Below, in pieces: positions 10,317-19,362 of a stretch of DNA of 61,952 nt. Below the pieces are notes generated by a model. The model ran no database searches. It was not told the DNA's origin and saw nothing but the letters and a program-made list of their open reading frames with translations. The DNA lies in the IMG/VR virus record IMGVR_UViG_3300021960_000001, positions 1 through 61,952 of that record. One strand, written 5' to 3'. The stretch is from a virus. Lineage: Duplodnaviria; Caudoviricetes. Position 1 is the stretch's first letter. Each line of letters begins with the position of its first letter. Both the position numbers and the translations under genes were made by a program.

Positions 10317-11251
10317 TGACTGAGTTTCTTGCAGAAGAACTAGACCGTTTTTGCTATTGGCAAACTGAACGTGAAAGTATTAGGGTCAAAAAAGAGGAGT
10401 ATAAACTCCCTTCCCCCTGGACTGATGACCCTATTCTGCAAGAGTTTAAATTCTGCCAAGTTTTTCGAGAAGATGATAGAACAACTAGATGGTTTAGAGC
10501 ACACATAAGAGAGCCTTTAGCCAATAGTTCTGATGTTATTATGGCTACGATTATTTTTCGTTGGTTTAATTTTATACCGACAGGTAGAACGTTAGTAGAG
10601 AATGATTTACATAGAAACTGGGAGGGTGATAAAGCTATACAGCTTATACGAAAACAACCTAAGTGGGTGACAGGCTCTTATATTATTAAAACGCCAAACG
10701 GTATGGATAAAGTAACAGGGGTAGTCGATTGTATTAATAATATCTGGAAAGATAAGGATTGGATAACTAAACGTTTAGAGTACGATAAAAAAGAAGGAAC
10801 AAGTTCTTTAAAGTCTGCATGGACATTACTTAGGCAATATCCTTATATGGGTCCATTTATGGCGTACGAGGTTGTTACTGATTTAAGGCACACTTATATA
10901 TTAGATGAAGCCGAAGATATTATGACATGGGCTAATGCAGGTCCAGGAGCCATGAGAGGACTAAATAGATTAACAGGCAGACCGCTTGATTTTTCACATC
11001 GTAGCCACGACTGGAATACAGAAATGCAAGAATTATATCAAATAGTTATACGCAGATTACCTGCACATATTGCAATGCGTAATGATAGAGTATATGAACT
11101 ACGTGATATCGAAGGAGGACTTTGTGAGTTCGATAAATATTCAAGGATATTTAAAAACGAAGGAAGAACAAGGTCTATATATAAAAGTAATAATCTTCCT
11201 GAAGTAGAAGATTTAATAGAAGGAGAAAGTAAGTATGGGAAAAGTGAATGA
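10316..11251 (+). CDS. 5-hmdU DNA kinase family protein (aGPT-Pplase clade 1)
   Basis: ERESIR..K..PWTDDPILQEFKFCQVFREDDRTT, GPFMAYEVVTDL, AGPGAMRGL, DIEGGLCEFDKY; ATG overlaps the upstream TAA. Confidence 0.85.
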   Translation: MTEFLAEELDRFCYWQTERESIRVKKEEYKLPSPWTDDPILQEFKFCQVFREDDRTTRWFRAHIREPLANSSDVIMATIIFRWFNFIPTGRTLVENDLHRNWEGDKAIQLIRKQPKWVTGSYIIKTPNGMDKVTGVVDCINNIWKDKDWITKRLEYDKKEGTSSLKSAWTLLRQYPYMGPFMAYEVVTDLRHTYILDEAEDIMTWANAGPGAMRGLNRLTGRPLDFSHRSHDWNTEMQELYQIVIRRLPAHIAMRNDRVYELRDIEGGLCEFDKYSRIFKNEGRTRSIYKSNNLPEVEDLIEGESKYGKSE

Positions 11252-11456
11252 ATATTCTCTAGACCTTTTAGAGAACTACGGAGAAGATGTTGACTGTTAT
11301 TACACACAGTTTTTAGAAGTAGCTTTCTTTTTAAAAGTTGCCGCTAGTAATGAAATGGCGATAGCGTTTATAAAAAGAAAATTACCTGTCTTAAACGAAA
11401 GCGAAATAAGTTTTCTTATAGGTGAACTAGTAGAAGCACACCAGGAAACATTATGA
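11235..11456 (+). CDS. Small hypothetical protein in the modification cluster
   Basis: RBS present; overlaps both neighbours. Confidence 0.6.
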   Translation: MGKVNEYSLDLLENYGEDVDCYYTQFLEVAFFLKVAASNEMAIAFIKRKLPVLNESEISFLIGELVEAHQETL

Positions 11457-12493
11457 AAGTAATTAGAGCAAGAAATGTAAACGACGCTCTACTTTTAGGT
11501 ATTGATTTGTTTAATGACGATACCTCTTATAGGGTGCAAGAAAGCCGCAATGGTACGACCTACGAAGCGTTAGAACCAGTAACAACTGTTTATAGTAATC
11601 CCTGTGAAAGAGTATGTTTACTAAAAGCAAGAGACGCTAATCCATTCTTTCATTATATAGAAAGTTTATGGATGTTAGCAGGACGTAAAGATTTAAAACC
11701 TTTGACCTATTTTGTTAAATCTATGGAAGATTTTTCAGATGACGGAGAAACTTTATGGGGTGCCTATGGTTGGAGATGGAAAAGTTATTTTCATAAAGAC
11801 CAAATAGATATTGTCTATAGAATGTTAAAAGAAAATCCTGAAGATAGAAGGGCAGTATTACAGATGTGGGATGCGAACAAAGACCTTAATAGAAACGGTA
11901 AAGACGTACCTTGTAATACGAACATCTATTTTAAGATTAGAGAAGATAAGTTAAATATGACTGTTTGTAATAGGTCTAATGATATGTTGTGGGGTGCTTA
12001 TGGTGCTAACGTAGTTCATATGTCAGTATTACAAGAATATCTTGCTGCTCTACTCGGTGTCGAGGTCGGAACATATAGGCAAGTTAGTGATAGCTTTCAT
12101 GTGTATCTAAATCCTGTTTGGGATAAAGTAAAAGATATCGAAATAGATGTCTACACTTATAAAGACATAATGAATCCTTACGATACATTTTCATCGGCAT
12201 ATGAACACGCTCCTTTGTTTACTAGTCCTGACACTTTAGATTGGGAATTAGATAGGTTTTTCAACATACACTACACTGACCTAGATATGAACGGTTGGGT
12301 AAATCCAGCACTCAAAGATATTGCTGTTCCTATGACGTTAGCGTTTAATTCATATAAAGACGGAGATTTTAAATTAGCGTATGAACATATAGAAAATATA
12401 AAAGCCATTGATTGGAAAACGGCTTGTCTCGGTTGGGTCCGCAAAAGAGACAAGACTATTATTAATAACGCGGACGAAGGAGAAAACTTATGA
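11453..12493 (+). CDS. Thymidylate synthase-fold enzyme, probable dUMP hydroxymethylase
   Basis: DANPFFH, GAYGWRW, DVPCN (catalytic Cys), RSNDMLWGAYGAN (Asn at the dUMP-specificity position), SFHVY; adjacent to the 5-hmdU kinase. Confidence 0.82.
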   Translation: MKVIRARNVNDALLLGIDLFNDDTSYRVQESRNGTTYEALEPVTTVYSNPCERVCLLKARDANPFFHYIESLWMLAGRKDLKPLTYFVKSMEDFSDDGETLWGAYGWRWKSYFHKDQIDIVYRMLKENPEDRRAVLQMWDANKDLNRNGKDVPCNTNIYFKIREDKLNMTVCNRSNDMLWGAYGANVVHMSVLQEYLAALLGVEVGTYRQVSDSFHVYLNPVWDKVKDIEIDVYTYKDIMNPYDTFSSAYEHAPLFTSPDTLDWELDRFFNIHYTDLDMNGWVNPALKDIAVPMTLAFNSYKDGDFKLAYEHIENIKAIDWKTACLGWVRKRDKTIINNADEGENL

Positions 12494-12846
12494 GTAAGTG
12501 GGAAAATATGAAAGAGGTAGCCCAAAACGATTTAGAAGCTCTAAAACGGGCAGAGACTTCGTACGGTGACTCTTGGAGACGTCGCGGAGGTGTAGGTGCC
12601 TTTATGATGTTGGCACGTAAGTTCGATAGGATAGAACATCAGTCGCAAAAGCACGGATGGGATGTCTTCGAAGCAGGTGAGGTCTATAAAGGCGAAGCAG
12701 GTCTACTAGACGACATCAGAGACTTGCGTAGGTATCTTCTATTAGTAGAGGAATATATATTAACAAATACAGATACAGGTTCTGATGTAGAAGAAGCTGA
12801 AGATGTAAATTACTCTGTCGAAGAAGATAGAGAAGGAGACTATTAA
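12490..12846 (+). CDS. Nucleotide-modification-associated all-alpha NTP pyrophosphatase-like protein (Nmad1/DUF1599-like)
   Basis: SYGDSW...RKFDRI...DDIRDLRRYLLL; directly follows the TS-fold gene. Confidence 0.6.
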   Translation: MSKWENMKEVAQNDLEALKRAETSYGDSWRRRGGVGAFMMLARKFDRIEHQSQKHGWDVFEAGEVYKGEAGLLDDIRDLRRYLLLVEEYILTNTDTGSDVEEAEDVNYSVEEDREGDY

Positions 12847-12847
12847 T

Positions 12848-13174
12848 ATGGGATTTTGGTCAAAATTTGTAACATTTTTTACTCCGCCACCTGTTGTAAA
12901 AGTGGATGAAGTAAAGAAAGCTAAAGTTATTAAAGAAGCTGTAAAAGAAGCTACGGTAGAATTAGATAAGTTTGAAAAGCCTATTAAATCAGCACCTAAA
13001 CGTGCTAGAACTAAAAAAGGTACATACATAGCTGATGATAAATCTACTCCAGACGTAAACGAAGCTTGGGTTGGTGGTAAAGCACCTAAAAAGAAAACAT
13101 CTGTAGCTAAGAAAAAGATAGCTAAAGCAAAAGCAGGTAAAGTTAAAATCACTACCAATAATATAGGCGAGTAA
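12848..13174 (+). CDS. Lys-rich hypothetical protein
   Basis: RARTKKGTYIADDKSTPDVNEAW motif; AAGGAG RBS. Confidence 0.7.
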   Translation: MGFWSKFVTFFTPPPVVKVDEVKKAKVIKEAVKEATVELDKFEKPIKSAPKRARTKKGTYIADDKSTPDVNEAWVGGKAPKKKTSVAKKKIAKAKAGKVKITTNNIGE

Positions 13175-15042
13175 TGATTTTACAGCATACCTTGTTTGAA
13201 CCTAAAAGTTCTTGGACTACCCCAGACGTGTTTCCTCAGTTTTCTGAGACAGAAACTATTGCGGTAGACTTAGAAACTTATGACCCTCATTTAACGACTT
13301 GCGGTCCAGGATGGGCTACAGGTCGTGGTCATGTCGTAGGCATAGGGATAGCAACAAACAACTGGCAAGGTTATTTTCCTATCCGTCACGAGGGTGGTGG
13401 TAATCTTGACGAAGGTATGGTATTGCGTTGGTTAACGAACACACTCAGCTCTACAAAAAGAGATGTTATATTTCATAACGCACTCTACGATGTGGGTTGG
13501 TTAAGAAGAGAAGGAATTATTGTAAAAGGTAGAATACTCGATACAATAGTTGCTGCTCCTCTTATCAATGAAAACAGATATTCTTATTCACTCGATAATC
13601 TTGGCAGTTTTTACTGCGATGAAAAGAAAGACGAGTCTTTATTACAAGACGCAGCTTTGGCTTACGGGGTCAATCCTAAGTCAGAGATGTATAAACTTCA
13701 CGCTAAATATGTTGGACCTTATGGCGAACAAGACGCTGCTTTAACATTGAAGCTTTGGAATAAACTTAAAATAGAGATAGACGAGCAAGGGTTGCAAAAA
13801 ATATTAGACATGGAGTCTAAACTAATCCCTCTACTATTAGAAATGCGATGGAGAGGAGTTAGGGTAGATGAAGAAAAGGCTGAACAGGTAAGTAAGAAAC
13901 TTTCTACCGAAGAACAAAAGATACAGGTAGAAATAAAAAGGAAGTACGGCAGTGATGTAAATCTATGGGCTAATGCTTCTCTACAAAACATATTCGAAAA
14001 GAACAAGATATGGTTTCCGAGAACAGCAAAAGGCATGGCTAGTTTTCAAAAAGACTGGTTAGAAGGACATGAACATGAACTTCCTCAATTAATTGTTAGG
14101 GCTAGAAAGTTAAATAAAGCGAGAACTACCTTTATCGATAAGATGATTATGGAACACGCTTTTAACGGTAGAATACATGCAGAAGCTCATCCTATGCGTA
14201 ACGACCGTGGTGGGACTGTCAGCGGCAGGTTTAGTTATAGTAATCCTAACCTACAACAAGTTCCTGCACGTGACCCTGAAATAGGTAATCTGATACGTTC
14301 GTTGTTTATTCCAGAAGAGGGTTGTCAGTGGGGTGTATTCGATTATTCTCAACAAGAACCAAGACTTACTGTTCACTATGCTAATCAGATGAACTTAAAC
14401 GGTGCTGAAAAAGCAGTCTCTCAATATAGAGACGATAACGCAGACTTCCACCAAATAGTTGCAGACATGGCTAATATACCACGTAAACAAGCTAAGACGA
14501 TTAATCTAGGATTAAGTTACGGAATGGGTAAAGAAAAACTGATTAACGAATTAGGTATCGATGATACAGAAGCAGAGAAACTGTTTCAACAGTATCATGC
14601 TAACGTTCCTTTTATTCGTGCTCTACAAGACCAATGTGCAAGAGTAGCGATGGAACGCGGATATATAAAAACATTTGCAGGTAGGCATTGTCGTTTCAAT
14701 CTGTGGGAAAGCAGATACGAAAGGACTCTACCTTTGCCTCTAGACGAGGCTAAAGAAAAATACGGCGACGACCTCAAAAGGTCATACACTTATAAAGCCC
14801 TTAACAGACTAATACAAGGCTCAGCTGCTGACATGACTAAGTTAGCAATGATAGGTCTTTGGGAGGAAGGAATAGTTCCTCACCTACAGGTTCACGATGA
14901 AGTTGATATTTCAGTAGAGAACACAGAACAAGCGAACACGATAACAAGAATAATGGAGAATTGTGTTGAACTTGCTGTTCCCCTACTAGTAGACCAGGAA
15001 TTAGGTATGTCATGGGGCGAAACAAAGGAAATAAAAAGATGA
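13174..15042 (+). CDS. polA: Family A DNA polymerase with 3'-5' exonuclease
   Basis: DLET, HNALYD, DYSQQEPR (motif A), KTINLGLSYG (motif B), QVHDE (motif C). Confidence 0.96.
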   Translation: MILQHTLFEPKSSWTTPDVFPQFSETETIAVDLETYDPHLTTCGPGWATGRGHVVGIGIATNNWQGYFPIRHEGGGNLDEGMVLRWLTNTLSSTKRDVIFHNALYDVGWLRREGIIVKGRILDTIVAAPLINENRYSYSLDNLGSFYCDEKKDESLLQDAALAYGVNPKSEMYKLHAKYVGPYGEQDAALTLKLWNKLKIEIDEQGLQKILDMESKLIPLLLEMRWRGVRVDEEKAEQVSKKLSTEEQKIQVEIKRKYGSDVNLWANASLQNIFEKNKIWFPRTAKGMASFQKDWLEGHEHELPQLIVRARKLNKARTTFIDKMIMEHAFNGRIHAEAHPMRNDRGGTVSGRFSYSNPNLQQVPARDPEIGNLIRSLFIPEEGCQWGVFDYSQQEPRLTVHYANQMNLNGAEKAVSQYRDDNADFHQIVADMANIPRKQAKTINLGLSYGMGKEKLINELGIDDTEAEKLFQQYHANVPFIRALQDQCARVAMERGYIKTFAGRHCRFNLWESRYERTLPLPLDEAKEKYGDDLKRSYTYKALNRLIQGSAADMTKLAMIGLWEEGIVPHLQVHDEVDISVENTEQANTITRIMENCVELAVPLLVDQELGMSWGETKEIKR

Positions 15043-15377
15043 AAGGTATCTCTCAACAAAAAGCAAAAGAAAACTCCATTAGATACAGAGATATGTATGA
15101 TGAATGGAATAACTCAAATATTACACTAGAACAATTAGGCAAAGCTAATAATCTTACAAAACAAAGAATGTGGCAAATTATTACACGTTGTAAGTTAGGT
15201 GATGGTGATTACTATTACGGTATTCATGTTGCACGTAACAAATGGTCAGAATTTAAACAACTCTACTCGGATGTCAATCAGACAAAAAGAGCTTTTGATG
15301 AGTGGCTAAAAGCACGCGAGATTAAATTAATTGAAAATAATCAAAAAGTTGCCCCTCATACGGGTTGGGATTGGTAA
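15039..15377 (+). CDS. HTH DNA-binding protein (sigma70 region 4-like)
   Basis: TLEQLGKANNLTKQRMWQI; ATGA overlap with the polymerase stop. Confidence 0.6.
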   Translation: MKGISQQKAKENSIRYRDMYDEWNNSNITLEQLGKANNLTKQRMWQIITRCKLGDGDYYYGIHVARNKWSEFKQLYSDVNQTKRAFDEWLKAREIKLIENNQKVAPHTGWDW

Positions 15378-15561
15378 TCGGTAAATTTTTAGGTTTTTCT
15401 AAAAAATCGGCTTTACCAGACTCCACAGGTTAAACGAACGGCTAGTAGTTAAGGGTTTTACTTCAGAACTATATAAAAGCCCTTAGAACGTCCCAGCTTA
15501 GCTTAGCTGGTGTTTAGGCTCTAAACGAGGTTTCTGAGGAGCTTTTTATTCTATTTACTAG

Positions 15562-15590
15562 TTTACTTTCGCTTTTTTCTCCTTTACCCT
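15562..15590 (+). promoter_or_regulatory. Promoter TTTACT-N17-TACCCT, probably giving a leaderless mRNA
   Basis: ATG 15597 follows the -10 box after 6 nt; no RBS. Confidence 0.5.
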
Positions 15591-15596
15591 ATTTAT

Positions 15597-16031
15597 ATGG
15601 CTAAAAAAGACAAAGTTACATACCTACGATGCAGTCTTCCAGGATGCGATAATCCTCTTGTAGGACAACAAAGAAAATTTTGTAGTAGAAAATGTACCGT
15701 GAAAAATAATTGTTTAGATAGAAAAGGCATTTATAAAGAACTTGACTCACTCGGTGGACCTAGAAGTTTATCAAAAGTTGAAAGCTCTATCAAAAAAGAC
15801 GAAACTTTTGTAATGGGTGATGGTCGTTTTACTTTAGACGATATACCTATTGATAATGATATATGGGAAGCTGTAGAATTACGCGACGAACAACATAGGC
15901 TCGATTGTATTGAACATGAAAATAAAAGGGTCATAGCAGGATTCGAAGAATTTATAAAATCTTATAACGAACACCATGATGTTGCTTATGCAACGATGAA
16001 AGCTAGACAACTAAAAGAACAAAATGGCTAA
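15597..16031 (+). CDS. Zn-finger protein
   Basis: CSLPGC...FCSRKC. Confidence 0.65.
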   Translation: MAKKDKVTYLRCSLPGCDNPLVGQQRKFCSRKCTVKNNCLDRKGIYKELDSLGGPRSLSKVESSIKKDETFVMGDGRFTLDDIPIDNDIWEAVELRDEQHRLDCIEHENKRVIAGFEEFIKSYNEHHDVAYATMKARQLKEQNG

Positions 16032-16413
16032 AGAAAAGAATCTTTGGCTTCTACTTAGAACAAATCTACCACATATCCATCTACAGAGGATTGAAACAGG
16101 AATGACAGGAGCAGGTGTTCCTGATGTCAACGGTTGTGCAAAAGGTAAAGAGTTCTGGATAGAACTAAAAGAAATACATTCAGGTAATCAACTTACTCTA
16201 CGACCCATGCAAATTTCCTGGTTGGCTAAACGTGCATCAAACGGTGGACAAGTTTTTGTAATGGCTAGAAAAAATGACGAAATCAAGCTCTACCATATTG
16301 ACAGTCTTACAGGAATAAAAGACCTAGTAAAAGGTGGCTATAACTCTGACGCTCTACTAACGCTGACAATACCCTACGATTGGGACGCTCTTACTACTGC
16401 TTTACTTTCTTAA
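16024..16413 (+). CDS. PD-(D/E)xK nuclease, VRR-NUC / Holliday junction resolvase-like
   Basis: GVPDVNGC..G.EFWIELK...LRPMQISW. Confidence 0.8.
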   Translation: MAKEKNLWLLLRTNLPHIHLQRIETGMTGAGVPDVNGCAKGKEFWIELKEIHSGNQLTLRPMQISWLAKRASNGGQVFVMARKNDEIKLYHIDSLTGIKDLVKGGYNSDALLTLTIPYDWDALTTALLS

Positions 16414-16476
16414 CCTTGGTACGTATAATGACCCTAGTAGTAATTAAGCTACTGTCATTAACTTAGAAAGGAGAAA
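16401..16476 (+). promoter_or_regulatory. Early promoter TTTACT-N17-TATAAT, leader hairpin and AGAAAGGAGAAA RBS
   Basis: Near-consensus sigma70 promoter; GTAG-TAATTAAG-CTAC hairpin. Confidence 0.75.
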
Positions 16477-16479
16477 TAT

Positions 16480-17508
16480 ATGGCACATCAAGTAGAAACA
16501 ATGGCTTGGGCAGGTGACAAACCTTGGCACGGATTAGGTGTTGAAGTTGACGCTAACCTCACCCCATTGGAAATGCAAAAAGCTGCACAGTTAGACTGGA
16601 CAGTTAGTAAGCGTCCTAGTTATACACTAGACGCCCCTGAATGGAGCGACGACGTTGGTCTTATCCAAGCGGAGAATACCTTCCACATCGTTCGTGATTC
16701 TGATAATAGAATATTATCTCATTGCGGTAGAGACTACGTCCCTATTCAAAACGAGGACGTGTTCAAGTTCTTTAAACGCTTTACGGAAGCAGGTCATATG
16801 ACCATGGAAACCGCAGGTAGTTTAAAAGATGGCGGAGAAATATGGGGTTTAGCTAAAATCTCAGAAGACTTCGAACTGGCGGGAGACGACCTTATAAAAG
16901 GTTATCTTCTTATTAATCAACCGCATATAGTTGGTAGGTCGATGACCATAAAGCTAACGCCTATAAGAGTTGTATGTAATAACACTCTTACGATGGCATT
17001 ACAGCATGGTGGAACGGCTTCATTCCGTATGCCACACGTAAAAGAGTTCGGCGACGACGTTATACAAGCTGCAGAAGAAGCATTAGGTTTATCTGCATCG
17101 GCTATGACTGAGTTTAGAAACAACTCTACTATCTTGTCTAAAGCGAAAGCTAAGCATTCAGATGTTCTTGATTATGTTAGTGAAATATACCAGCCAACGA
17201 TGCTTGCTGAGTATAGGCTAGAAGAACAACTACGAGCCCAAGGCAAAGCCGTAGGTATACAAGAACCCTTGAAGGATAGGCTGAACAAGTTTCCTTCATT
17301 AGTAATGGAAGCTTTAGAAGAGAGTCCAGGTGCAAACCTGAAGTCTGCTAGAGGTACGTGGTGGGGTGCATTGAATGCTGTCACCTACGTAGAAGACCAT
17401 TTACGTGAGTCGCAAACTGAAGGCAATGCTCTACATAGTGCATGGTTCGGTGCCGCAGCCAATCGTAAGAGCAAAGCTTTAGAACTTGCTATACAGAGGG
17501 CTGCTTAA
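16480..17508 (+). CDS. DUF932/DUF945 family phage/plasmid protein
   Basis: MAHQVETMA..PWHGLG, METAGSL, TPIRVVCNNTL, GTWWGALNAVTY. Confidence 0.85.
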   Translation: MAHQVETMAWAGDKPWHGLGVEVDANLTPLEMQKAAQLDWTVSKRPSYTLDAPEWSDDVGLIQAENTFHIVRDSDNRILSHCGRDYVPIQNEDVFKFFKRFTEAGHMTMETAGSLKDGGEIWGLAKISEDFELAGDDLIKGYLLINQPHIVGRSMTIKLTPIRVVCNNTLTMALQHGGTASFRMPHVKEFGDDVIQAAEEALGLSASAMTEFRNNSTILSKAKAKHSDVLDYVSEIYQPTMLAEYRLEEQLRAQGKAVGIQEPLKDRLNKFPSLVMEALEESPGANLKSARGTWWGALNAVTYVEDHLRESQTEGNALHSAWFGAAANRKSKALELAIQRAA

Positions 17509-17738
17509 TGGAAAACCCTAAACAATACAAAATAGACGCTGATGTCTTAGGTATGGTTTGGGAAAGGTTATTCGAGTCAGGCAACGATGAACTGGCTCGA
17601 TTAATCTCCGATACCATGATAGCCCAAGGTTGTCAGGAGTTGGTGGGTGTAGATGACCCATCATTAATATTAATGTTTTGGAAAAATTATCTAGAGGAAA
17701 ATGACCTAGTTAGTTTTTCTGATGGTAAGCTACATTGA
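17508..17738 (+). CDS. Hypothetical protein
   Basis: TAATG coupling with the upstream gene. Confidence 0.65.
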   Translation: MENPKQYKIDADVLGMVWERLFESGNDELARLISDTMIAQGCQELVGVDDPSLILMFWKNYLEENDLVSFSDGKLH

Positions 17739-17755
17739 CGCTTATCCTATACTGG

Positions 17756-17836
17756 TTTACTTTCGCGTTATTCGAAGGCATACTAGAAACTGGTTCTACC
17801 GCAAGGTAGAGTTTATTAACTAAAAGAAAGGAGAAA
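17756..17836 (+). promoter_or_regulatory. Early promoter TTTACT-N17-CATACT, GCAA-tetraloop leader hairpin and AGAAAGGAGAAA RBS
   Basis: CTACC-GCAA-GGTAG hairpin between the -10 box and the RBS. Confidence 0.65.
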
Positions 17837-17839
17837 GAT

Positions 17840-18217
17840 ATGCAAACTGCAACATCTACGCCCTCTAAAAAGAGAGCACCAATAGCAACTACTGTGAAAG
17901 CAGCAGCTGCAAAGCCACTTAGCAAAGCTAAAGTGAATGCTGTTCCTAAACCTATGAAAAGTGGTAAAGGCTCAGCGAGAACGTTATACAAGTACACTGG
18001 TAAAGCACCAGAAGGCAAGACTCCGCAAATGAATGCGTTGATTGCTACTTGTGTTGAGTGTAAGAAAACTGAGCTTGATATAGCTAGTTTCACTGCACAA
18101 GACTTAGTCGCGTTAGCTGTGAAAAAAGGTACTTTGACTACAGGTCAAGACCCGCTTAGAATCTTCAGGTTTTATGCAAAAAGACTTGTTGACGAAGGCT
18201 ACTTCGCGAAAGCGTAA
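17840..18217 (+). CDS. Basic early protein, paralog of 24038..24373, possibly DNA-binding
   Basis: Shared motif Q..I..T..DL...T.Q.P..I..FY..RL. Confidence 0.75.
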   Translation: MQTATSTPSKKRAPIATTVKAAAAKPLSKAKVNAVPKPMKSGKGSARTLYKYTGKAPEGKTPQMNALIATCVECKKTELDIASFTAQDLVALAVKKGTLTTGQDPLRIFRFYAKRLVDEGYFAKA

Positions 18218-18223
18218 TCTACT

Positions 18224-18256
18224 AGGTGCATAGGGAAACTTGTGCACCTTATTTTT
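18224..18256 (+). terminator. Rho-independent terminator
   Basis: AGGTGCA/TGCACCT stem followed by TATTTTT. Confidence 0.7.
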
Positions 18257-18267
18257 AGGAGAAAACT

Positions 18268-18447
18268 ATGCAAATAGAAATACAGAAAAAAGACGGCACG
18301 ACTTTTACAACAAACGTGACTACCCTAGCTAAAGCGATATATCCGCACGTGACAGCCGATACATCGTTTCACTATTCATTAGAAACAGACTTTATAAACG
18401 GCGTTTATGATGCTATCGAGCAGATGATGGGGGACAACGATGAGTAA
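18268..18447 (+). CDS. Small hypothetical protein (59 aa, not in the ORF track)
   Basis: AGGAG RBS; MQIEIQKKDG... Confidence 0.6.
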   Translation: MQIEIQKKDGTTFTTNVTTLAKAIYPHVTADTSFHYSLETDFINGVYDAIEQMMGDNDE

Positions 18448-18616
18448 AAATAAAGTATGGGAAATAACAGTAAGCACAACTGTTCAGATAGATTCTGAAG
18501 ATGATTATTGTGAAAACCAAGAACATGCTGAAGTTATTATGTGGGATAGATGGAATGTTTATAAACACAATTTAGAAATAACTAAGGTAAAAACATGGGA
18601 GTATGAAAGTGAATGA
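18440..18616 (+). CDS. Small hypothetical protein (58 aa, not in the ORF track)
   Basis: Overlaps the previous stop; MSKNKVWEIT... Confidence 0.55.
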   Translation: MSKNKVWEITVSTTVQIDSEDDYCENQEHAEVIMWDRWNVYKHNLEITKVKTWEYESE

Positions 18617-18660
18617 CCGAGATAAAATAATTCTCGCTTTTGCGTGGTTTCTTTTAGTAG

Positions 18661-18718
18661 TTTACTTTGCCCTTTATGGTATATAAACTATAGGTATAAC
18701 TATTAAAGAAAGGAGAAA
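18661..18718 (+). promoter_or_regulatory. Early promoter TTTACT-N17-TAAACT with AGAAAGGAGAAA RBS
   Basis: Recurrent motif. Confidence 0.65.
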
Positions 18719-18722
18719 TGTT

Positions 18723-18986
18723 ATGAATTATACAAAAATTGAAGACGGCATGTATCGAGGCTCTGATGGTAATCTATACCACGACGAGCGAGTCTTGAGG
18801 TATAGAGTTTTATACCAAAATGTTGATACACCACATAGCGAGAACTGGATGTTACACACATCTCATAGCAAGTTTGAGTCTGCACAAGCCGAAGTCGAAA
18901 AACAAAACGAAAAGTGGAAAGGCTGGAACGTATATAAATTACGTGATGCAGGCGAAGCTACTAATATTAAGAGGTTGATGTACTGA
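18723..18986 (+). CDS. Hypothetical early protein
   Basis: Own promoter and RBS. Confidence 0.7.
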   Translation: MNYTKIEDGMYRGSDGNLYHDERVLRYRVLYQNVDTPHSENWMLHTSHSKFESAQAEVEKQNEKWKGWNVYKLRDAGEATNIKRLMY

Positions 18987-19309
18987 TGAAAATTAAAGAA
19001 CTAATGGCGGAAACATCAAGACTAGTTGATTTTTTCAATACTTTAACAGATAAAGATATCGAAATGATTACCTTTATTGATGCTGCGGTAGACGAGGGTA
19101 AACGCCCCAATTTAGCGGAGTTCGAAGAAGAGTTTTCTCACGATAACAGACCTCGTAACGAACTATTGTCCGATATATCTAGAAAATATTTAGATTATTG
19201 GCATAAATACAAACCTGAGACAGCAGGATTAATTAAACCTACATTATCTTGGTACGACCCTCATCACGAGGGTTATCACGAAATTGGCTCTAACAAGGGG
19301 CTCCATTAA
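18986..19309 (+). CDS. Hypothetical early protein
   Basis: TGATG coupling. Confidence 0.65.
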   Translation: MKIKELMAETSRLVDFFNTLTDKDIEMITFIDAAVDEGKRPNLAEFEEEFSHDNRPRNELLSDISRKYLDYWHKYKPETAGLIKPTLSWYDPHHEGYHEIGSNKGLH

Positions 19310-19362
19310 TCGTGTATTATAAGACTGGTTTATAATCGTATGCTGTATTATATAATTTACTT

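Noticed and set aside
11453-12493. Ordinary thyA or dCMP hydroxymethylase
   Set aside because: Asn at the specificity position argues against dCMP; divergent motifs and the adjacent 5-hmdU kinase argue against plain thyA, although this is not excluded
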